Source of the DNA: Gemmatimonadota bacterium
Lineage (GTDB): Bacteria; Gemmatimonadota; Gemmatimonadetes; Gemmatimonadales; Gemmatimonadaceae
NCBI GenBank assembly: GCA_963170075.1
Contig: CAUJFW010000239.1
Span: forward strand, 11,741 to 75,740
DNA: 64,000 nucleotides
Direction: 5' to 3'
In this document: positions 45,939-54,077 of the stretch, one piece after another
Numbering within the stretch: the first letter of the stretch is position 1
Layout: each line of letters begins with the position of its first letter
Notes under the pieces: generated by a model
What the model saw: only the letters and a program-made list of their open reading frames with translations
Database searches by the model: none
Told to the model about the DNA's origin: nothing
Position numbers and translations under genes: made by a program

Positions 45939-47357
45939 TCAGAAACGCAACAGCCGCGCGGGCGTCACACGCGCCGGATCACCCACGTACGCCCATCGCA
46001 CATTGGTCATGTACTTCCGTGCCGCCATCCGGATGTCTGACGGCGTGACCGCGCGCAGTTCATCAACAAACGCACCGGCACGACGGAAGTCGCCCTGAAA
46101 CAGCTCGGCGCGCGCCAGCATGTTCGCTTGGTCGGCGTTTGTTTCGTTGTCGAGGAAGTACGTCACGATGAATTGCTGCACCAACCGCTCGAGACCGTCC
46201 GTGGTGATCTCGCCTTCCTTGAGCTGGCGGATTTGGTCGAGCATGATGCTGAGCACCTCGTCGGGCGAGGTGGTGGTGACATAGAGTCCACCCATCGACA
46301 GCGCCCGCTCCACAAACGGCGCGTTCACCGAGTAGGTGAGATTCCGCTTGCTGCGGACTTCGTTGAACAGACGGCCAGACAACACCGCACACGCCAGTCG
46401 CAACGCCGCATAATCCGGTGAACTGGCGGACGGACCGTGGAAATAGCCCTGCAAATAGTTCGTCGGCAGCGCCTTGCGTTCAGTGATATACGCGCCCTTC
46501 TGCTCGGCAGGCGCGGTGGGCAGCGACCACGTGTACGCGCCGCGCGGCAGGCGCCCAATGCTTTCGCGCACCAGCTTCTCCACCTTCGTGCGTGACACGT
46601 TGCCAACCACCACCAGCAGCATGCGCGACGTCACCAGTTGCTCGGCGCGATACGCCTTGAGATCGGCGACAGTGAACTTGCTGAGTGTCGCTTCGGTGCC
46701 GATCACATCGAGCGCATACGGATGCCCCGCAAACGCGATACTGTCCGAGAGGTAGTTGAGCAGGGCATCCGGGCTGTCCTTGCGTTGGCGTACGCCCGTC
46801 ACAAACTGCTCGCGCACCAGCTCCACTTCGGCCGGATTGAGTGTCGGCGCGATCAGTCGGTCCGCGAGAATCGCCCAGGTCGAATCGAAGTTGGCGACAG
46901 TGGACCGGAGACCGATCACGGTCCAGTCGACGCCAGGGCTGATGCCAATCGCGCTGCCGAGCAGCGCCATCTTGTTGCGCAACACATCGCGCGGATACTT
47001 GGCCGTGCCACGTTCCGTGGCTTCGAGCAGAAAATTCTCGATGCCCTGTGTTGCCGTCGTGAGCTGCCGGGCACCGCCCAACAGATACAGATTCGCCGCG
47101 ACGACGTTGTTGGCACCGACCCGTCGCAGAATCACGGGAATACCGGCCACCTCGAACTTGGTGGTGAGCGAGTCCGCCGACTCGGCCGGTGCCGGCTCCG
47201 CTGCCGGCGGGCGCGCCGCTGGACGTGTCGCCGGAGGACGCGTGACCGGCGGGCGCGTAGTCGTCGCCTGCGCGTCGAGTGCGTGCGGCGCCAGCGGCAG
47301 CAATCCGCTCGTGCACAGCAGCGCCAACGCCGTGATGTTTCGCGTACAACGGGTCAT
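45939..47357 (-). CDS. M16 (pitrilysin/insulinase) family protein, non-catalytic subunit
   Basis: M16 fold motifs (RLFNEVRSKRNLTYSV); HXXEH replaced by NFLLE; signal peptide. Confidence 0.85.
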   Translation of the reverse strand: MTRCTRNITALALLCTSGLLPLAPHALDAQATTTRPPVTRPPATRPAARPPAAEPAPAESADSLTTKFEVAGIPVILRRVGANNVVAANLYLLGGARQLTTATQGIENFLLEATERGTAKYPRDVLRNKMALLGSAIGISPGVDWTVIGLRSTVANFDSTWAILADRLIAPTLNPAEVELVREQFVTGVRQRKDSPDALLNYLSDSIAFAGHPYALDVIGTEATLSKFTVADLKAYRAEQLVTSRMLLVVVGNVSRTKVEKLVRESIGRLPRGAYTWSLPTAPAEQKGAYITERKALPTNYLQGYFHGPSASSPDYAALRLACAVLSGRLFNEVRSKRNLTYSVNAPFVERALSMGGLYVTTTSPDEVLSIMLDQIRQLKEGEITTDGLERLVQQFIVTYFLDNETNADQANMLARAELFQGDFRRAGAFVDELRAVTPSDIRMAARKYMTNVRWAYVGDPARVTPARLLRF

Positions 47358-48793
47358 CACGGGCGCACCACTGGACGTGTGACCGGCGTCAGCAGCTCCT
47401 GCTCGGTCAACTTGATTGCCCGACGCGATTCCGGCGACAACAGCACACTCGTCACGCGTGGTTTGTCCTTGATGTACGTGGTGGTGTAGCGCATGAGATC
47501 CGTGATTCGCTGCTGGGCCATCTGGTCGGTGTAACCCATGAAGTAGTTGAGACTCGCGACGCTCCACCAAAAACCGATGGTGTGCGCGATTTCGGAGGCC
47601 TTCTCGATACCAAAGGCACTCGACGTGGTGCGCTGCGCCTTGACCGCTTCCAGTTCGCGCGGCGTCACGTACGTGGGGTCGGTAAACCGGGCGATTTCGC
47701 GTTCGAGCGCTGCCATGGCCGGACGGAATTTCTCGGGCGTTGTTTGTCCGCTGATCGAGATCGGCCCCACCTGATTGAGCGTGTAGTAGTTGACGCCGAT
47801 GCCCTGCCACAACCCCGTGTCCACGAGGTTCTTCTGAAAGGTCGATCCTGGCGTGTTCAACGCGTCGCTGAACACATCCGCGGCAAACGTCGCAGCGGGA
47901 TCCTTGCCCACGCTCGGCCCCTGCCACTGAATCAGCACCGCGACCGCATTGATCGGCTGTTCGACGATCAGCGACTTGTTTCCGTCGAGCGCCGGGATGG
48001 GCGGGATCGGATCGGCCACAAACGGATCCGCACCACGCGGCCAATCGCCGTAGTACTTCTCGGCGAGCGCAAACACCTTCTCCGGATCGACATCACCAGT
48101 CACGATGAGCGTGCTGTTGTTTGGCACGTAGTACTTCTTCTGGATATAGCGCATCTGCTCGGGCGTGACCTTCGCAATCACGTCGCGATCGCCAATGGTG
48201 TTCTTGCGACTGCCTTGGCCCGGATAGAGCAATGCCGTCGACTTCTGGATGAACTCAAAGCCTGGCTCGGCTTCGTTGCGGTCATACTCGCCGAGCACAA
48301 CTTCCTTTTCCCGCTTGAGTTCATCCTCACGGAAGAGCGGATTGCGCAGGGCGCTCGCCAGGAAGCGCAAACCACCGTCGAGCGAATCGGCGGGCAGCGT
48401 GAGATAGTAGTTCACCACCTCTTCGCGCGTACTGCCGTTGAAGACCGCGCCCAGTTCGGCGGCGCGATCGGTGAACATGTCCGGCTCAGGCAGGTCTTTG
48501 TTGGCCTTGAAGAACATGTGTTCGTACATGTGCGCCAGTCCCGCATACTCGGGCGACTGCGTAAACGCCCCGTTGCGGACATCGATCTCGAGCGTGGCAA
48601 TCGGGACACCGTGGTTTTCCACGACGATGATTTCCAACCCGTTGGCCAGCACCTTGCGGCGCAGCACCTTCTCCAGTTCGGCGCGCGATTGGGCGACGAC
48701 GGGCGCCGGAAGCACTGCCGGCGAAGCCGTCGCCAGCAGGGCCATCAGCCAGAGCTGTCGAGCGGTGAGACCGATGCGAGGAAAGACGGGCAT
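47357..48793 (-). CDS. M16 family zinc peptidase, catalytic subunit
   Basis: GLAHMYEHMFF (HXXEH), FNGST and EKEVVLGE motifs. Start uncertain. Confidence 0.9.
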   Translation of the reverse strand: MPVFPRIGLTARQLWLMALLATASPAVLPAPVVAQSRAELEKVLRRKVLANGLEIIVVENHGVPIATLEIDVRNGAFTQSPEYAGLAHMYEHMFFKANKDLPEPDMFTDRAAELGAVFNGSTREEVVNYYLTLPADSLDGGLRFLASALRNPLFREDELKREKEVVLGEYDRNEAEPGFEFIQKSTALLYPGQGSRKNTIGDRDVIAKVTPEQMRYIQKKYYVPNNSTLIVTGDVDPEKVFALAEKYYGDWPRGADPFVADPIPPIPALDGNKSLIVEQPINAVAVLIQWQGPSVGKDPAATFAADVFSDALNTPGSTFQKNLVDTGLWQGIGVNYYTLNQVGPISISGQTTPEKFRPAMAALEREIARFTDPTYVTPRELEAVKAQRTTSSAFGIEKASEIAHTIGFWWSVASLNYFMGYTDQMAQQRITDLMRYTTTYIKDKPRVTSVLLSPESRRAIKLTEQELLTPVTRPVVRP

Positions 48794-49041
48794 TCGAGGA
48801 CGTGTAGAGGAAAGAGCGGACGGCGTCTGGCACTGGGATGAACTCATCCCTACCCCAGCGGCAAACGCGGGGGTCCGGAACTGAGTTCGCGTGGTCGACG
48901 TAGTGATCACGTCGTTCCGAACGATGCCATGTCAGCACGCCTTCCCGCCAGCGTGGTCGCGGCACCACGAGACGCCGAAACCGGTGCTATCCTGTCTCGA
49001 AGCACATCGTGTTGCCAATTCCCCCGATCCCAACCGCCGCC

Positions 49042-49977
49042 ATGTCGCGCCTGCTCAAGATCCTCGCCCTCGCTCTCGGTTTTCTCCTCGTATCCGCCTA
49101 CGGGTACGGGCGAGTCAAGAACCCCGAGAAGCGCGAGCTGACACTTGCCGCGCGCGAACAGGCGCCGGGCGAGTTCATCTCCCTGACCGATGGCGCCACG
49201 TACTACGAGGTTGCCGGGCCGGATACCGGGCGTGTCGCCGTGCTGGTGCACGGGTTTTCCGTGCCGTCGTACATCTGGGACTCCACGTTCAACGCGCTGG
49301 CGGCGTCCGGGCATCGGGTGTACCGCTACGATCTGTTTGGCCGAGGGTGGTCCGACCGCCCCGACGCGAAGTACGACAGTGCCATGTACGTGAATCAGCT
49401 CAATGAGCTGATGGACTCGCTGCACATCGCGACCAAGGTCGATCTCGTCGGTCTGTCGTTTGGCGGTTTTGTCACCGGTCGCTTTGCAGCCGCGCGACCG
49501 GAACGGGTGCGCACGTTGACGCTCGTTGATCCGGTGGCGCAGGCGCGCGCGATGCCCGGATTTCTCAAGACGCCTGTCATTGGCGAATGGGTCTGGCAAG
49601 TGACGCAGGTGCCCGGCATGGCCGAGGGCCAGAGCTCCGACTTTCTCCACCCGGAACGCTACCCGACGTGGGCCGACCAGTATCGCACACAAATGCAGTT
49701 TGCCGGCTTTGGTCGTTCCCTGCTCCGCTCGGCGATCAATTCGATGACGGTTGATTTCGGGGCGCTGTACAAAGCAGTCGGCGCCACTGGCATCCCCGTC
49801 TTGCTGATCTGGGGCAAGCAGGACCAGACCGTGCCCATCGCGCTGGCCGATGTTGTGCGCGGCGGGATTCCGGCGGTGGAGTTTTTCCCCGTGGACTCCG
49901 CCGGCCATCTGCCGCACATCGAACAATCCGCGACCGTGCACGCACGGATGCGGTCCTTCTTCGCGGCCCATCCATAG
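49042..49977 (+). CDS. Alpha/beta hydrolase
   Basis: LVHGFS, DLFGRGWS, GLSFGG nucleophile elbow, IWGKQD and AGHLPH motifs; N-terminal anchor. Confidence 0.92.
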   Translation: MSRLLKILALALGFLLVSAYGYGRVKNPEKRELTLAAREQAPGEFISLTDGATYYEVAGPDTGRVAVLVHGFSVPSYIWDSTFNALAASGHRVYRYDLFGRGWSDRPDAKYDSAMYVNQLNELMDSLHIATKVDLVGLSFGGFVTGRFAAARPERVRTLTLVDPVAQARAMPGFLKTPVIGEWVWQVTQVPGMAEGQSSDFLHPERYPTWADQYRTQMQFAGFGRSLLRSAINSMTVDFGALYKAVGATGIPVLLIWGKQDQTVPIALADVVRGGIPAVEFFPVDSAGHLPHIEQSATVHARMRSFFAAHP

Positions 49978-50034
49978 CGGGGAAGCGAGCGGGGGCAGTG
50001 GTGATTTTGTCCGGATGAGCGGATCTTTCCACGC

Positions 50035-50973
50035 ATGACGCCTGACGAAATCGCCGAAGCCCTGAGCCGCGTGCTCGAACCCGAACGTCTCCACCTGCGC
50101 GCGCCGCTTGCCCCGTACACCACGTTCCGCATCGGCGGTCCGGCCGATGTGTTGTTCGAAGCCACATCGGCTGACGAACTCGCAGCAGCCGTCACGCTGG
50201 CGCGCACGCTCGACATCCCGTGGTTCGTGCTGGGCCTCGGCGCCAACATTCTCGTCAGCGACCACGGCGTGCGCGGTCTCGTGATCCGCAATCGTGCGAC
50301 TGCACACACGCTCGGCGACGACGGCATCCTGTGGACCGAGAGCGGCGCCGTGGTCCAAGACCTGGTGCTGGAGACCGTGCGACGCGGCTGGTCGGGGCTC
50401 GAGCACTACATCGGCATTCCCAGCACCGTCGGCGGCGCGCTGTGGCAGAACCTGCACTTTCTCTCGCCCGCACCCGAGCGCGAACGCACGATGTTCATCG
50501 CCGAGCCGTTTCGGTCGTGCGAGATTCTGAGTGAGGACGAGGAGCGCCTCGAGGTCGGACCCGAGTACGTCAAGTTCGGCTACGACGACTCGGTGTTTCA
50601 TCACCGCCGCGATGTCGTGCTGTCCGCTCGCTTTCAGCTGGAGAAGCGTGATCCGGCCGACCTGCACCGCATTCTGCAGGAGAATCTCTCCTGGCGCGGG
50701 TCGCGACATCCCTGGCTCGCCGTGCATCCGAGCGCGGGATCGATCTTCAAGAAGATCGAAGGCATCGGCGCCGGGCGCCTGATCGATCAGTGCGGTCTCA
50801 AGGGCTTCCGCATCGGCGACGCGCAGATCTCACACATTCACGCCAATATTCTCGTCAATCTGGGTCACGCCACCGCTGCTGACGTGCGCGCGGTGATTGC
50901 GCACGCGCAGCAGACGGTGTTCGAGCGATTCGGTCACCGCCTGGAAACCGAGATCGGATTCATCGGCGAGTAA
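50035..50973 (+). CDS. murB: UDP-N-acetylmuramate dehydrogenase (atypical motifs)
   Basis: TTFRIGGPAD, GLGANILV, GIPSTVGGA, PSAGSIFK, HANILVN and LETE motifs. Confidence 0.85.
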   Translation: MTPDEIAEALSRVLEPERLHLRAPLAPYTTFRIGGPADVLFEATSADELAAAVTLARTLDIPWFVLGLGANILVSDHGVRGLVIRNRATAHTLGDDGILWTESGAVVQDLVLETVRRGWSGLEHYIGIPSTVGGALWQNLHFLSPAPERERTMFIAEPFRSCEILSEDEERLEVGPEYVKFGYDDSVFHHRRDVVLSARFQLEKRDPADLHRILQENLSWRGSRHPWLAVHPSAGSIFKKIEGIGAGRLIDQCGLKGFRIGDAQISHIHANILVNLGHATAADVRAVIAHAQQTVFERFGHRLETEIGFIGE

Positions 50974-50991
50974 CCGGCCACCGCGTCGGCG

Positions 50992-52287
50992 TTATCGGAT
51001 ACTGGCGCGCTCCAGCAGCGACGACTTGCCATCGGTGTTGAGGAGATACACCACGCCACCGGGACCAAAACCGGCAAGCACGCGGCCCTTCGGGAACGAC
51101 ACCCGTTCGATGATTTCTCCCTTGCGATTCACCACATCGTACAGCAAGCCCGTGGTGCCAGCGCCGACGGCCGTGCGCGGTACGATCCACAGATTGTTGT
51201 CGAGGTCCGCCCGCACCGAACCCGGTGAGATAGGTGGCTCGTAGTCCGGGATCTTGTTGAGCGGCACGAAGTCGAATTCGATGGAAATGCGGCGCGGACC
51301 GTTCGGCGTGGGAATGGTGGGCAGCGACGCGCCCTGCGCCTTGAGTTGCTTCTCCATCTCGGGGCGCAGTGAGTCGATCTTGAACTGTTTCTGTTCGTCG
51401 CTGAGACGCTTCCAGTCAAACGGCATCTTTGGCGTAGATCGTTTGGTGCCGTCGGGATCGAGCCAGTCGAGGTGATAGTCGTGCGCGCGCACCACCGCGA
51501 TTGTGCCGTCGGTGAGGATCGCCCATTCGTCGCCCGTATCGAGCGGGTTGATCGTCACCTTGAGCGCGAAGTTCCCGTCCTTGCCCGTTGACATCGACAT
51601 GTTGCCGGGCTTGAGCGCCTTCATCGTCATCAGTGTGTCCACGTTGCGCGTGTCAAAATCGGCACGCACAATTGGCGCGGAATCCGGTTGCTCGGGAAGC
51701 CGGAATGCGCCGAACGGTGTTTGCGGCGCATTCGGATCGGGCGGCTTTGGCGGGTTGATGATCACGCCGCGATACACCAGGCGACCCTTGTTGTCGGCCA
51801 TGGGCACCCCGTACACCGACCCCATCGCGAGGAAGATCGCATCGCGTGGCCTGGGGAGTGCCATGACATGCCCCACCTTGCCATTCGGATCGAGTACCAG
51901 CAGCGACATCGACGAGACATCGACATACAGCGATGAATCGGCGAGATACGGAATCAACTGCGCCGATTGGATGGCCATCGGCATCGCCGCATTGGCGCCG
52001 CTGCTGCCAGAGTCCATCACGACGGTAGCGCTCTTGAGCGATGCGTCAAACAGCAGCACGCGCTGACGCGCCACGTCGTTCACCAGCACTTTGCCCGACG
52101 ACAACGGACGAACTGCGACGCGTGCGCCGAGTGAATCGGTGGAGACCGCGGTCACCGCACCGAGCGAGCGGGTGGGAATCTTGGCTTGGGCGACGCTTGG
52201 CGTGGTACCCGTCGACTGCGCCGACGCTTGCACCGTAGCGCTCGCCAATCCAAGCGCGAGCACGGTGAATATCCTTCGACCCTGCAT
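50992..52287 (-). CDS. Secreted hypothetical protein, probable beta-propeller (paralog of 52580-53965)
   Basis: Signal peptide; shares VNDxxRxR, YLxDSSLxVD, PDSAPIxRADFDTR and GELxYDVVN-like blocks with its neighbour. Confidence 0.7.
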   Translation of the reverse strand: MQGRRIFTVLALGLASATVQASAQSTGTTPSVAQAKIPTRSLGAVTAVSTDSLGARVAVRPLSSGKVLVNDVARQRVLLFDASLKSATVVMDSGSSGANAAMPMAIQSAQLIPYLADSSLYVDVSSMSLLVLDPNGKVGHVMALPRPRDAIFLAMGSVYGVPMADNKGRLVYRGVIINPPKPPDPNAPQTPFGAFRLPEQPDSAPIVRADFDTRNVDTLMTMKALKPGNMSMSTGKDGNFALKVTINPLDTGDEWAILTDGTIAVVRAHDYHLDWLDPDGTKRSTPKMPFDWKRLSDEQKQFKIDSLRPEMEKQLKAQGASLPTIPTPNGPRRISIEFDFVPLNKIPDYEPPISPGSVRADLDNNLWIVPRTAVGAGTTGLLYDVVNRKGEIIERVSFPKGRVLAGFGPGGVVYLLNTDGKSSLLERASIR

Positions 52288-52387
52288 GATGAACGGCTCC
52301 GGTACGCGTGAGAAGCGCGCACTCGGTGAGGCAGCGCGCTGCTGCAATATACGGGAGCGAGGGGGGCGGGGGTTCAGGACGGCACGA

Positions 52388-52553
52388 CAGCTGTCAGTGG
52401 TCAGTCATCGGACAATTGCTGAGTCCTGGGTCTTCAGTCCGAGTCACCAGTCGCCAGTTGGTTCTGAGTACTCAGTTGTGCAACCGACAACTGACAACTC
52501 CGACTGAAAACCGACAGCTTAGCCGTTGTCCGATCACTGACCACCGACAACTG
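52388..52553. repeat. About 166-bp imperfect palindrome built of heptamer-like repeats
   Basis: 28-bp outer arms (3 mismatches), central perfect CTGAGTACTCAG at 52464-52475, inner arms also complementary. Confidence 0.85.
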
Positions 52554-52579
52554 CGCAGTTGAAGACTCGTTGCCCTCGT

Positions 52580-53965
52580 CTATTGCGTCGCCCGCCCGCC
52601 GCCGAGCACACTCGAACGCTCAAGCACAAACCCCTTGGTGCGGTCGCCACTCATCAGGTATACGACTCCGCCTTTGCCAAAACCGGCGATCGACCGTCCA
52701 CTCGGTATGCGCACCCGCTGGAACAGCTCGCCGGATTTGTTCACCACGTCGTACACCAACTCGCCACCCTGCGACTGTGCCGACGTCGTTGGCAAGATCC
52801 AGAGATTCCCATCGAGATCGGGACGCGCAGCGCCCGGTCGGATGGCCGGGTAGTAGTCGGCGATTTCTTTGAGCGGCACAAAGTCGATTTTGGGAGCGCC
52901 GATGTTCATAGGTTGGCCCATTGGTGGGCCACCGCCTGCGTCGCCACCCACCGTCGCAGCGCCACCGCCCAGGGAGCCACCGGCCATCACCATCACGCGC
53001 ACTTCTGTGGCGCCACCGGCCGCGCCACCGCCGGGAGGACCTCCAAAGCTGACGGTGCCCGGCGCGCTGCCGTTCGCCGCTGCTGCTTTCTGCGCGTTCT
53101 CGTTGGCGGTGCGCGCCGAGTCGACCAGCGCCTGCTTGTCCTCATCCGTCAGTCGCTTCCAGTCGAACGGCAGCTTTGCGCCCTTGGTGGCCTCACCTTT
53201 GGGATTCACGACATCGACGTGGTAGTCTTGACCGCGCACCATCGCCAACGTGCCGTCCGTCAGTACCGACCAATCGTCGACGGTCACCAGCGGGTTGATC
53301 GTCATCTTGAGCGACATCTTCCCGTCCGCACCCTGCTCCATGGTCGCCCGCGTTCCACTGGCGATCTTCACGCGACCAACCGTGTCGACCATGCGCGTAT
53401 CAAAATCCGCACGGAGAATTGGAGCCGAGTCAGGCGGCTGAACCGGCGCGGGTCGCTCGCCCGGATTGAGCGAACGAGTCTGTGTGACCATCTGAATACC
53501 GCGATACAGCAACCGTCCCTTGTCATCCACATACGCGGGGCTGTTGCCCAGAAAGCGCAGATCACCCGGTTTGGGCGCAGACATGACACGCGAGACCGCG
53601 CCCTTCGGGTCGATCACCAGCAACGACGATGACGCCGCATCGACAAAGAGCGACGAGTCGCCGAGATACGCGATCAGCGGCGCAGGGCGCGGTCCATAGC
53701 TGTTGGCGGCGCCCGCCGTCGAGTCGATCACCACCGAGGCCTTCTGCATCGTGGGGTCGAGCATCACCAGGCGACGACGACCGGCATCGTTGACCAGCAG
53801 TGATCCGTTCGGCAACTGCCGAACGCCCAGAATGGCGCCGAAGGTATCGAGACTAGTGGCCGCCGACGGGGCGAGCGCCATGACGGGGACTTTCGGCTGC
53901 GCAAGCGCGGTCGTGGCGCTCAGCGCCAGCACGGCACCCGACAGGATGGGGACAGTTTGCCGCAT
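52580..53965 (-). CDS. Secreted hypothetical protein, probable beta-propeller with Gly/Ala-rich insert
   Basis: AGGA RBS before ATG 53965, signal peptide, extensive similarity to 50992-52287. Confidence 0.7.
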   Translation of the reverse strand: MRQTVPILSGAVLALSATTALAQPKVPVMALAPSAATSLDTFGAILGVRQLPNGSLLVNDAGRRRLVMLDPTMQKASVVIDSTAGAANSYGPRPAPLIAYLGDSSLFVDAASSSLLVIDPKGAVSRVMSAPKPGDLRFLGNSPAYVDDKGRLLYRGIQMVTQTRSLNPGERPAPVQPPDSAPILRADFDTRMVDTVGRVKIASGTRATMEQGADGKMSLKMTINPLVTVDDWSVLTDGTLAMVRGQDYHVDVVNPKGEATKGAKLPFDWKRLTDEDKQALVDSARTANENAQKAAAANGSAPGTVSFGGPPGGGAAGGATEVRVMVMAGGSLGGGAATVGGDAGGGPPMGQPMNIGAPKIDFVPLKEIADYYPAIRPGAARPDLDGNLWILPTTSAQSQGGELVYDVVNKSGELFQRVRIPSGRSIAGFGKGGVVYLMSGDRTKGFVLERSSVLGGGRATQ

Positions 53966-54077
53966 CGGAATCCTCGGTAACGTCAACATGAATGGGAACC
54001 AGACTGCATGGAGAGCACCACGCCCCGTAGGTCACGGGGGGTGATGGAAGGGTTGCCTGCCGCCCTGCCGGCCGTGG

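Noticed and set aside
48907-50727. 606-aa minus-strand ORF
   Set aside because: Antisense shadow of the alpha/beta hydrolase and murB, with no motifs. Long shadow ORFs are expected at this GC content.
52388-52553. CRISPR array or tRNA
   Set aside because: No constant repeat with unique spacers, no cas genes, and no cloverleaf or T-loop consensus.
54019-54043. Hairpin between the receptor and the first paralog as a terminator
   Set aside because: 10-bp stem with a mismatch and no T-run on the coding strand; may be an mRNA-stability element but is too weak to call.
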